A DNA stretch of 32,000 nucleotides from NCBI RefSeq assembly GCF_000039765.1, contig NC_004459.3, positions 1,410,001-1,442,000 on the forward strand, in the 5' to 3' direction. Numbering within the stretch: the stretch's first letter is position 1; each line of letters begins with the position of its first letter. The notes beneath the pieces are model-generated. The model made no database searches and was not told the DNA's origin. It saw only the letters and a program-made list of their open reading frames with translations. A program made the translations under genes and the position numbers. The DNA is from Vibrio vulnificus CMCP6. Its GTDB lineage: Bacteria > Pseudomonadota > Gammaproteobacteria > Enterobacterales > Vibrionaceae. Shown in pieces: positions 1-8,167 of the stretch.

Positions 1-882
1 AATCACACGTTCTGGGTCAAAATATTGCTGTACCCCGAGGCCATCACAGGTGCCACAAGCCCCTGCTGGGTTATTGAACGAGAACAAACGTGGCTCAAGC
101 TCTTGCATACTATAACCACAGTGGGGACACGCAAAATTGGCGGAAAAAACGATCTCTTCACCGTCACCCTCCATAGGGGCAATCACAGCGATGCCACCTG
201 AGAGTTCCAGTGCCGTTTCAAAGGATTCTGCGAGCCTTTGTTGTAAATCGCCACGCACTTTAACGCGGTCAACCACCACTTCAATGGTGTGCTTTTTGTG
301 TAACTCTAGCGTTGGTGGATCGGTGAGGTCACAGGTCTCTCCGTCAATACGCGCACGGATAAAACCTTGAGCAGCAAGATTCTCTAATGTTTTAACGTGC
401 TCGCCTTTGCGCTCTTTCACGATGGGGGCGAGCAACATCATTTTGGCACCTTCAGGCAGCTCCAGCACTTTGTCGACCATTTGGCTAATGGTTTGAGCGG
501 CTAAAGGGACTTGATGTTCAGGACAGCGAGGCTCACCAACGCGGGCATACAGTAGGCGAAGGTAGTCATACACTTCTGTGATGGTTCCTACGGTTGAGCG
601 CGGGTTGTGTGAGGTGGATTTTTGCTCGATAGAAATGGCTGGCGAGAGGCCTTCAATGTGGTCAACATCGGGCTTTTCCATCAATGAAAGAAATTGACGA
701 GCATAAGCAGAGAGGGATTCAACATAACGTCGCTGACCCTCTGCGTACAAAGTGTCAAATGCCAAAGAAGACTTACCTGAGCCGGATAAGCCCGTAATAA
801 CGATCAGTTTATCTCGGGGAATGGTGAGATTTATGTTTTTGAGATTATGGGTACGTGCTCCGCGAACTTCTATCTTGTCCAT
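1..882 (-). CDS. uvrA: UvrA excinuclease ABC subunit A, N-terminal 294 codons (gene continues past the window edge)
   Basis: Minus-strand frame is open from ATG (cat at 880-882) to base 1. Translation starts [65 protein letters not shown], with Walker [10 protein letters not shown] typical of UvrA. Not in the ORF track as a full ORF because it is truncated. Confidence 0.97.
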   Translation of the reverse strand, partial: MDKIEVRGARTHNLKNINLTIPRDKLIVITGLSGSGKSSLAFDTLYAEGQRRYVESLSAYARQFLSLMEKPDVDHIEGLSPAISIEQKSTSHNPRSTVGTITEVYDYLRLLYARVGEPRCPEHQVPLAAQTISQMVDKVLELPEGAKMMLLAPIVKERKGEHVKTLENLAAQGFIRARIDGETCDLTDPPTLELHKKHTIEVVVDRVKVRGDLQQRLAESFETALELSGGIAVIAPMEGDGEEIVFSANFACPHCGYSMQELEPRLFSFNNPAGACGTCDGLGVQQYFDPERVI

Positions 883-950
883 CTTTGATGCTCTGTGTAA
901 TACCAACAAGTTGAGCAAGTATTACATAGTGTGAGAAATGTGCAATAAAA

Positions 951-970
951 TACTGGATAAAAAAACAGTT
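951..970. promoter_or_regulatory. Candidate LexA (SOS) box upstream of uvrA
   Basis: taCTGgataaaaaaaCAGtt: CTG at 953-955, exactly 10 nt, CAG at 966-968, matching the CTG-N10-CAG core. It lies about 70 nt upstream of the uvrA start and just upstream of a -35-like TTGCAC (minus strand, 940-945). Confidence 0.7.
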
Positions 971-976
971 AAAAAT

Positions 977-1000
977 AAGGCGCTTTATTTAAAGCGCCTT
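977..1000 (-). terminator. Rho-independent terminator of galU
   Basis: Inverted repeat AAGGCGCTTTA/TAAAGCGCCTT (977-987 / 990-1000). On the minus strand it is followed by TATTTTTAACTGTTTTTTT, directly downstream of the galU stop. Confidence 0.88.
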
Positions 1001-1024
1001 ACGTCTCGGTTTAGAGGAAGTTGA

Positions 1025-1897
1025 TTACTTCTCTTTTTGCGTACTGAATTTACCCAATTCAGACGTCTTCTCATCTTTCAGATAAAGGTTTTGGTAGCAA
1101 TAGTTGGTTGCTTCGATATAGCCTTCAACGCTGCCGCAATCAAAACGACGACCTTTAAACTTATATGCCAATACACAACCTGCTTTTGCTTGTTTGAGTA
1201 GTGCGTCGGTGATTTGAATTTCCCCGCCTTTACCTGGTTCAGTTTGCTCAATCAGATCAAAAATATCTGGGGTAAGAATGTAACGACCAATAATTGCAAG
1301 ATTACTTGGCGCGGTACCAGGTTCTGGCTTCTCCACCATGTTGTCTACGCGGAAGAGATCGTCTTTGATCATTTCGCCAGAGATCACGCCGTATTTATGA
1401 GTTTCATTTTCAGGTACTTCCTGAACAGCAACGATCGAACAGCGGAACTGCTTAAACAGCGCGACCATTTGTGCCAAGACACCTTGTTCTTCATTGACAC
1501 AAAGGTCATCAGCCAGTACGACGGCAAAAGGTTGATCCCCAACGAGTTCACGGCCCGTTAAGATGGCGTGCCCTAAGCCCTTCATTTCACGCTGGCGAAT
1601 GTAGGTAAAGTTCGCGGAGTCGATCAAAGCACGTACATCTTCCAATAGGGCTTCTTTGTTGGTACCACTAATCTGATGTTCTAATTCGTAGTTTTTATCG
1701 AAGTGATCCATGATTGAATGCTTACCACGACCAGTAACAATGCACATTCCGTCCATACCCGCTTGGATGGCTTCCTCCACACCGTATTCGATCAGAGGTT
1801 TGTTCACCACTGGCATCATTTCTTTTGGCATCGATTTGGTCGCAGGTAAGAAGCGAGTGCCGTAGCCAGCGGCAGGGAAAAGGCATTTTTTAATCAT
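1025..1897 (-). CDS. galU: UTP--glucose-1-phosphate uridylyltransferase
   Basis: 290 aa, MIKKCLFPAAGYGTRFLPATKSMPKEMMPVVNKPLIEYGVEEA: the nucleotidyltransferase signature of GalU. Confidence 0.97.
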   Translation of the reverse strand: MIKKCLFPAAGYGTRFLPATKSMPKEMMPVVNKPLIEYGVEEAIQAGMDGMCIVTGRGKHSIMDHFDKNYELEHQISGTNKEALLEDVRALIDSANFTYIRQREMKGLGHAILTGRELVGDQPFAVVLADDLCVNEEQGVLAQMVALFKQFRCSIVAVQEVPENETHKYGVISGEMIKDDLFRVDNMVEKPEPGTAPSNLAIIGRYILTPDIFDLIEQTEPGKGGEIQITDALLKQAKAGCVLAYKFKGRRFDCGSVEGYIEATNYCYQNLYLKDEKTSELGKFSTQKEK

Positions 1898-2082
1898 TGA
1901 ATAGTGTCCTTATCAAATCGAACTCCTCACCGAAACAATACGCACGTAAAAATTAAAGCCGAGCGCGCAGCATTTCCTTTGTGGTGTGTTGTTCCATAAA
2001 CAGTTAGTTATCATTAGGGGCGATTCTAACCTGTTATTTTGTCATACGTTACACTCTAAAGGAAAATTCGCGATCTTCTTAC

Positions 2083-2730
2083 TTATGAGATCAAATTTTG
2101 GTCAGCCCACGCGGCAGCTTGGACACGATTCTTCACGGAGAGCTTTCTAAAGGTTTGATAGAGATGCGACTTTACGGTGAATTCACTAATGAAAAGATCT
2201 TCGGCGATTTGAGAATTTGACTTGCCAGACTGCACGCAGCGTAACACTTGAATTTCTCTCATCGTGAGATCCACATTCACTGGTGAAGTGTGTGAACAAA
2301 CCATATTTCGATAGTAGTGGATGAGTTGTGCACTGACGTCGCGTGGCAGCCAGCTTTTGCCATTAATCACCGAATTTAGTCCTTTGGCCATGTCTGTAAT
2401 GGCGGTGTCTCGGTAGAAGATCGCTTTGCACTGGCCAAAACCGATCAGTTCCTCAGTCGTCAATCGGCTAGGTACATTACACAGGACCGTTTCAAACCCT
2501 TTCCATATCAGGGGTAGGTTTTTAATTTCTCTCAACAGCACCTTATGTTGCTGATGATCAATTAATAAGATGCGATTACGATGATTGGGATCAGCTTGCA
2601 TGAGCGTTGCCGGGGTAATCACAGGGATCTCCATTTGAATCTGTTTAGCTAATACCGTGACGAACTCAGGAGTTTGTTCGTTTTGCAAACTGATAAAAAA
2701 TGGCTTCCGCGCGTAAGAAGATTTTCTCAT
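2083..2730 (-). CDS. qstR: LuxR-family transcriptional regulator, QstR-like (competence/T6SS regulator in V. cholerae)
   Basis: C-terminal LuxR HTH LTMREIQVLRCVQSGKSNSQIAEDLFISEFTVKSHLYQTFRKLSVKNRVQAA, with a receiver-like N-terminus. Located between galU and ssb as VC0396 is. Start chosen at 2730 (MRKSSYARKPFF, 215 aa) because GGAGG (2736-2740 on the minus strand) lies 5 nt upstream; the track start at 2742 overlaps this RBS. Confidence 0.85.
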   Translation of the reverse strand: MRKSSYARKPFFISLQNEQTPEFVTVLAKQIQMEIPVITPATLMQADPNHRNRILLIDHQQHKVLLREIKNLPLIWKGFETVLCNVPSRLTTEELIGFGQCKAIFYRDTAITDMAKGLNSVINGKSWLPRDVSAQLIHYYRNMVCSHTSPVNVDLTMREIQVLRCVQSGKSNSQIAEDLFISEFTVKSHLYQTFRKLSVKNRVQAAAWADQNLIS

Positions 2731-2974
2731 AACAACCTCCATTTATGGTTAATTATTGAATAAGTCGAATGCGCGGGTGCAACGTTGTCATCATTAAATC
2801 GCACAGGCTACTGGCAGAATAGCGAAATGCGTAGAATTTCATATGGATAAGTAAATGAGAGATTTATTAGCGCAAAAAAACGTTTAGTCGCTCCTAAATC
2901 TTGCAATTTTTAGCTTGGTCTGAGGTGATGGATAACACACAATTTGGCGACTATTTTTACCATAGCTAAAAGCG

Positions 2975-2983
2975 TGCTATTCT
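2975..2983 (+). promoter_or_regulatory. Extended -10 candidate promoter for ssb
   Basis: TGCTATTCT (TGN-TATTCT) about 45 nt upstream of the ssb ATG at 3030. Its -35 is weak. Confidence 0.35.
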
Positions 2984-3029
2984 ATTGCGCTAACTATTTA
3001 TTAATACCGAAAGTTAAACGGAGCACATC

Positions 3030-3569
3030 ATGGCCAGCCGTGGAATTAACAAAGTAATCTTGGTAGGGAACTTAGGTAACGACCCTGAAATTCGTTACAT
3101 GCCAAGTGGCGGTGCGGTGGCGAATATCACCGTTGCAACTTCAGAAACTTGGCGCGACAAAGCGACAGGCGAGCCGCGTGAGAAAACAGAATGGCACCGT
3201 GTGACGTTATACGGCAAGCTGGCAGAAGTCGCGGGTGAATACCTACGCAAAGGTTCTCAAGTCTACATTGAAGGACAACTGCAAACGCGCAAATGGCAAG
3301 ACCAAAATGGTCAAGACCGTTATTCAACTGAAGTCGTTGTACAAGGCTACAATGGCATTATGCAAATGTTGGGTGGTCGTCAGCAGCAAGGTGGCGCCCC
3401 AGCGATGGGTGGTGCTCCGCAGCAGCAACAAGGTGGTTGGGGTCAGCCTCAACAGCCAGCCGCACAGCCGTCTTACCAAAAGCAGGCTCCAGCGCAACAA
3501 CAGCCAATGCAGTCTCAGCCTCAGTACAATGAGCCGCCAATGGACTTTGACGACGACATTCCGTTTTAA
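3030..3569 (+). CDS. ssb: Single-stranded DNA-binding protein
   Basis: 179 aa, [41 protein letters not shown]; Gln/Pro-rich linker and acidic C-terminal tip MDFDDDIPF. Confidence 0.98.
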   Translation: MASRGINKVILVGNLGNDPEIRYMPSGGAVANITVATSETWRDKATGEPREKTEWHRVTLYGKLAEVAGEYLRKGSQVYIEGQLQTRKWQDQNGQDRYSTEVVVQGYNGIMQMLGGRQQQGGAPAMGGAPQQQQGGWGQPQQPAAQPSYQKQAPAQQQPMQSQPQYNEPPMDFDDDIPF

Positions 3570-3592
3570 GCCGTCGCTAAATTATATAGACG

Positions 3593-3617
3593 AAAGCCGC
3601 GATTCCCGCGGCTTTTT
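3593..3617 (+). terminator. Rho-independent terminator of ssb
   Basis: AAAGCCGCG attcc CGCGGCTTT followed by TT: GC-rich 9-bp stem with a T-run. Confidence 0.85.
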
Positions 3618-3649
3618 CAATGACACTTCTCACATCTACTGAGAGTAGA

Positions 3650-3678
3650 TTGTTAACCATTCACTTATCAAGTATATA
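3650..3678 (+). promoter_or_regulatory. Candidate sigma70 promoter for csrD/mshH
   Basis: TTGTTA (3650-3655), 17-nt spacer, TATATA (3673-3678). It follows the ssb terminator and lies about 40 nt upstream of the coding start. Confidence 0.55.
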
Positions 3679-3715
3679 GAAATAAACGGTATATGATGAA
3701 TGGAAAAGGAATTCG

Positions 3716-5719
3716 GTGTTCATGAGGTATACCCCGACTCTCAAACTCAGTACTCGACTTGTAGCCTTCGTTACAATGATCGTTATCAGTGCCATGTTTA
3801 TCCTCTTTATTGGTGGCACTCTCTCATTTAAAAAGCTTGGTCAGGAATATCTCAACCACTATTTGGCGGGCATTGTCGAAGTGTTGGATAAAGAGATGGA
3901 GGATCCTGATGCCGCATATTCTATGCAGCGTTGGATGCCGAAAATGCTGCAAGCTTCCAATATCGTAGAAATGAAGCTTTCTACCGATTCTGGGGTGGTC
4001 TACCGTTTCAAGGACACCTCGCCACAAATTGACGTCAATCGCCTTTATGAACAAAGTTATGTGCTTCAGCGTAATCCCGGGTATCGCGTCGAGTTCAAAG
4101 CGACACCGCCTTACGTTGGCTTTGGTTATTCGTTTCAAGCGTTGTGGTCGATTACCTTAGCGGTTGGCTTGATCATTTTTTGTTTAATGCGTGGTGTGAA
4201 ATGGCTGAAAGAGCAGCTATATGGCTCAGAGCTATTGGAAGAGCGCGGACGCATGATTCTGGCAGGACGAGTGGAACAATACGCCAAAGGTGACGAGCGA
4301 GAGTGGCCTTACACGGCAAGTGAAGCGTTAGACATGCTGATTGAAGAGCTGCGCGATGCACGTCAAGAGCGCAGTCGCTTTGATACGTTTATTCGTACCC
4401 AAACTTTTCTGGATAAATTGACGGGCACGGCGAATCGGGTGTTATTTGACAATAAACTGGAATCGGCGCTGCATGAGAGTGGGGCGCAAGGTGCGGTGTT
4501 ATTGATGCGCATTGCGGATTGGAAAAGTGTGTCAGAAGAAAATGACAAACAAATGGCCGATGAATTTGTTATTGAAGTGGGCAGCCTCATTTCCAATTTG
4601 GTTCAGCGTTTTCCTGAAGTGGTCTTCTCACGCTATTACCCGTCCGACTTCGCTCTCTTTATCCCTCATTTAGGTGCCAAAGACGTCGCCAATCTGGCGT
4701 CGCAGTGCATTCGTCAGCTGGAGAAACTCAATCCCCCTTACCCACTGGATAAAGAAAACTGGTGTCACATTGGTGTCACTATGTATCAGGAGGGGGAACG
4801 ACACAGCCAAATTATGGATGAAGCGGAAACCGCACTGCGAAGTGCTCAATTACAGAGCAATAATAACTGGAGTCGATTTAAGAAGTGGAATCATATTGAT
4901 GAAACAAGAGGTAGTGTGAAGTGGCGTACCATTTTTGAGACAGCCATGTCGACTGAAAATGTGCTAGTCTTCGGACAATTGTCTTATTTATTAGACGGAC
5001 AGCAGTTAAATCCATTGCATACTGAGTTAACATGTCGAATTGTTGATCCAGAAAACGGCATTGTGAAAGCCTCTCGCTATATGTCTGCGTTAAAGCAGGT
5101 TGGGTTTGAGAGTCAAATGGACCGCGCGGTCATCGGCAAAGTGTTTGCTCATTTGCGTGCAAATTCTGAGAATATCGGCAAATTGTCACTGAATTTACAC
5201 GTCACGCCGTTTGCCAACCGTCATTATTTCAAATGGTTCCGAGACGAACTGCTACAGTTACCTAGTGAGTATCGAACAAAATTGAGTTTTGAGTTTGTTG
5301 AAAGTCACTTAGTAAGGCATCTGGATTATATGAGACCTGTGGCAAAAATGTTGTCAGGTTTGGGGTGCCAACTGGTGGTCGGGCAAGCTGGTAGAACCAT
5401 TGTGAGTACGCATTATTTGAAAGATTTGGGTGTGGATTACTTAAAATTACATCGAAGTCTGACAAAGAAAATAGAACAACGCCATGAAAACCAGTTGTTT
5501 GTTCGTAGTATGCTGGGCGCGGGCGCAGGGACGAAAGTGAAAGTCATTGCGGTTGGCGTTGAAACCAAGCAAGAGTGGTCAACCTTGGTTGAGCTAGGCA
5601 TACATGGTGGACAAGGGCGCTATTTCTCCGTTGAAAATCAGTGGTTACCGCCAGTCGTGACCACTGTGGAAGAAAAACAAACGAAAACGGCAAGACGCAA
5701 TCGCTGGCGTCGAAAATAA
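3716..5719 (+). CDS. csrD: CsrD/MshH family membrane protein with degenerate GGDEF and EAL domains
   Basis: 667 aa. N-terminal TM segment (LVAFVTMIVISAMFILFIGGTL) and a second TM near residue 150. GGDEF-like region without a GGDEF motif and EAL-like region with no EAL motif (LSFEFVESHLVRHLD). First gene upstream of mshI. GTG start at 3716; ATG at 3722 is an alternative. Confidence 0.9.
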   Translation: MFMRYTPTLKLSTRLVAFVTMIVISAMFILFIGGTLSFKKLGQEYLNHYLAGIVEVLDKEMEDPDAAYSMQRWMPKMLQASNIVEMKLSTDSGVVYRFKDTSPQIDVNRLYEQSYVLQRNPGYRVEFKATPPYVGFGYSFQALWSITLAVGLIIFCLMRGVKWLKEQLYGSELLEERGRMILAGRVEQYAKGDEREWPYTASEALDMLIEELRDARQERSRFDTFIRTQTFLDKLTGTANRVLFDNKLESALHESGAQGAVLLMRIADWKSVSEENDKQMADEFVIEVGSLISNLVQRFPEVVFSRYYPSDFALFIPHLGAKDVANLASQCIRQLEKLNPPYPLDKENWCHIGVTMYQEGERHSQIMDEAETALRSAQLQSNNNWSRFKKWNHIDETRGSVKWRTIFETAMSTENVLVFGQLSYLLDGQQLNPLHTELTCRIVDPENGIVKASRYMSALKQVGFESQMDRAVIGKVFAHLRANSENIGKLSLNLHVTPFANRHYFKWFRDELLQLPSEYRTKLSFEFVESHLVRHLDYMRPVAKMLSGLGCQLVVGQAGRTIVSTHYLKDLGVDYLKLHRSLTKKIEQRHENQLFVRSMLGAGAGTKVKVIAVGVETKQEWSTLVELGIHGGQGRYFSVENQWLPPVVTTVEEKQTKTARRNRWRRK

Positions 5720-5731
5720 GAAGAAAAACAG

Positions 5732-7192
5732 ATGAATGTGAAGTCATTGCTCGAAAAATTGAGAGGCCAAGCTAATGGCGGGGAGCAGCGTTTTGTCATG
5801 CTTCAGCCTGATGCCGTCTACTTTGCCGCTCAAGGCGAGTTGAGTACCGAAAGTGCTACGTCTCAAGCGCTTTTTGAACCTATCGATGAGAGTTGGGAAA
5901 AAGCACTTGAGAAAGTTCTGCAGTTACAGTTCACGCCTGGTGAAAAGGTGACTGTGTTACTGGCCAGCCATCATTACCAAGTTTTTCAAATAGAAAAGCC
6001 AGCGATCCCACGAGAAGAGTGGCCGTCTGCTTTACCTTTCCTAGTCAAAGATCTTATTTCTGAACGCCCAACAGAAATTGTCGCTGACGGACGTTTACTT
6101 CCGAATAGCAGCAAACTGCAAGTGTATGTTCTGCCGAAAAAGATCGTGGATAAACTGCTGGATTTGATTGTTCGAAATCAGTGCGAGTTACATTCGATTG
6201 TTCCCGAAGACGAAATTTGGGCGCACAGCGCTGGTGAGTTGGCCAATTTTCTTCTATTGCAACGCAGCGCCAAAGGGCAATTCAAACTCGGTGCCTTTGT
6301 TGAACACACGCCGATGTTCCAACGAACCATTCGTTCCGTTTTTCCTCCATTAACTGGTGAAGCAGCCAGTGCCCTTCAGCTTGATGGGCTGGCTCTGGAG
6401 CTACAACGTTCCATCGATTATCTCTCATCACAAATTAAAGGTGTCTCCCTCAATCAGCTTAAAATTTGCTGTGATGAAGAGGACCACGCAGAGCTTGTCT
6501 CGGCGCTCAATGAACGATTAAGTGCGAATGCCTCAGTATTAGATGACGAGGGAAGACTCTCTGGCAACATCGTAGTGGATTGTGCAGCGCAGCTCGGTAA
6601 GGCTGAAATCAATCTTTATCCTGAGCACCTTAAGCCTAAAAAAGAGCTGTTCACGCTCAATAATGTAGCGGCTGGCTGGGGAGGCATCGCGGCGATTTTC
6701 TTGATGGTGTACGCCTTCGCGTTATGGCAGCAACGCGCCATCGATAATCAACTTGCTAATGTGCAAGCGGAATCTCATCAACTGACTCAGCAGCTTAGTC
6801 AACTGCAAGCCAAGTTAGACCAGCATAAACCCTCTTCAGAAAAACTGGCGGCGGTGGAGCGCTTAAAAGTGAAAGTTCGAGCGCAAGAAGCGTCGCTCAA
6901 CGCGATTAGCCAATACGATACGTCATTGCAAACAGGGTATTCTGGAATGATGTTGTCGCTCGCGAAGCTCGGCAGAAATGACATCTCACTGACGGACATC
7001 AGTGTGGTGGGGGCGAATTTAGACGTGAAAGGCCTTGCGATCAGTGCTAATGCGGTGCCGAACTGGGTAAACCAGTTTAAGCATGAACTGCCTCTGGTTG
7101 GTCGCAGCTTTGATAAGGTGAAAATCGGACGTAACGAAGACGATGTCATCACGTTCGAACTCAAAACGAAAGCAGAAGGTAAAGGCCAATGA
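5732..7192 (+). CDS. mshI: MSHA biogenesis protein MshI (PilM/PilN-like)
   Basis: 486 aa. Actin-like/PilM-type N-terminus, then TM (GGIAAIFLMVYAFALW) and coiled-coil, PilN-like C-terminus. Position in the msh cluster. Confidence 0.88.
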   Translation: MNVKSLLEKLRGQANGGEQRFVMLQPDAVYFAAQGELSTESATSQALFEPIDESWEKALEKVLQLQFTPGEKVTVLLASHHYQVFQIEKPAIPREEWPSALPFLVKDLISERPTEIVADGRLLPNSSKLQVYVLPKKIVDKLLDLIVRNQCELHSIVPEDEIWAHSAGELANFLLLQRSAKGQFKLGAFVEHTPMFQRTIRSVFPPLTGEAASALQLDGLALELQRSIDYLSSQIKGVSLNQLKICCDEEDHAELVSALNERLSANASVLDDEGRLSGNIVVDCAAQLGKAEINLYPEHLKPKKELFTLNNVAAGWGGIAAIFLMVYAFALWQQRAIDNQLANVQAESHQLTQQLSQLQAKLDQHKPSSEKLAAVERLKVKVRAQEASLNAISQYDTSLQTGYSGMMLSLAKLGRNDISLTDISVVGANLDVKGLAISANAVPNWVNQFKHELPLVGRSFDKVKIGRNEDDVITFELKTKAEGKGQ

Positions 7193-7839
7193 AGCAGCAG
7201 TGGAATGCTTGGAATGACAAGTTTCTTGCCTTAAGTGGCCGAGAGAAGTGGCTGATTACGCTCTGTGGTTTGGTGGTGATTGTACTGCTGTTGTTTACCT
7301 TGGTGATTGAGCCTGCTTGGAAGCAGTTAGCGGCGAAAAAAGAACAACTGAGTAGCACCATTCAGCTTAATCAGAAGCTACAAGGCGACATTCTGGTAAT
7401 TCAGGCTAAGCTCAATAAAGACCCGAATAGAGAAATCGACATCGAAATGAAGAGCTTATTGGCGCGAAGTCAAGAACTCGGCATGCAGTTGTCTGAAGTG
7501 ATTGGCAATCTGCTTTCTCCTAGCCAAATGGCGGAATTACTGGAGACGGTACTCGATAAAAGCAGTGGCGTTAAGTTGATTTCATTGGAGTCGTTGCGTG
7601 CAGAGCCAATAGAGGGTAACCCAGAAAATTCTGAGTATTCGGGGTATTACGTTCACCCAGTGCGATTAGAAATGACTGGCGACTTTTTCGCGATTCAAGG
7701 CTATTTGAGTAAGCTTGAGAATTTGCCAGTGAAATACTATTGGCGCCGCTTCCACTACCAAGTAGAGGAGTATCCTCAAGCTCGCGTGGTGTTGGAAGTG
7801 TATACGTTAGGAACAAGACAGGAGTTTATTGGTGGTTAG
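7189..7839 (+). CDS. mshJ: MSHA biogenesis protein MshJ (PilO-like)
   Basis: 216 aa; single N-terminal TM (LITLCGLVVIVLLLFTLVIEPAW) then a coiled coil. Overlaps the mshI end by 4 nt. Confidence 0.87.
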   Translation: MKQQWNAWNDKFLALSGREKWLITLCGLVVIVLLLFTLVIEPAWKQLAAKKEQLSSTIQLNQKLQGDILVIQAKLNKDPNREIDIEMKSLLARSQELGMQLSEVIGNLLSPSQMAELLETVLDKSSGVKLISLESLRAEPIEGNPENSEYSGYYVHPVRLEMTGDFFAIQGYLSKLENLPVKYYWRRFHYQVEEYPQARVVLEVYTLGTRQEFIGG

Positions 7840-8152
7840 ATTTCTTCTGTTATCACTGTGTTTCGCTGGTGGAAATGCGTATGCGACTCAAGATCCAACG
7901 GCTCCGCTAGGTTGGACGAAGCCCGCTCAAACCAAGCCAAGTGCACAGAGACAATATCGCTTACCGACGTTACAAAGCATCGTCTGTCAGTCACCGAAAG
8001 AGTGTGTGGCGATTTTAAATGACGATGTGGTCAGTGTGGGCGAAACCATACGCGGTTATAAAGTCACTCAAATTGATTCTGATGTGGTGACATTAAAGCG
8101 AGGCTCCAAGCTGTGGAAATTAGAGCTTTTTAATCTGGATATAAAAGAATAA
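7832..8152 (+). CDS. mshK: MSHA biogenesis protein MshK (PilP-like)
   Basis: Small secreted protein with signal peptide MVRFLLLSLCFAGGNAYA. Non-ATG start: GTG 7832 has AGGAG at 7820-7824, 7 nt upstream; TTG 7829 is an alternative. Overlaps mshJ. Confidence 0.78.
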   Translation: MVRFLLLSLCFAGGNAYATQDPTAPLGWTKPAQTKPSAQRQYRLPTLQSIVCQSPKECVAILNDDVVSVGETIRGYKVTQIDSDVVTLKRGSKLWKLELFNLDIKE

Positions 8153-8167
8153 TAAGGTTTGAATCAA

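Noticed and set aside
2743-3029. Canonical CRP or CRP-S site (TGTGA/TGCGA-N6-TCACA/TCGCA) upstream of qstR
   Set aside because: A TGCGA half-site is visible on the minus strand (TGTGCGATTTAATGATGACA) but the second half-site does not match, so no call was made.
3235-3642. 135-aa plus-strand ORF overlapping ssb in another frame
   Set aside because: Entirely explained as a shadow frame of ssb's Q-rich linker codons; no RBS of note and low-complexity translation.
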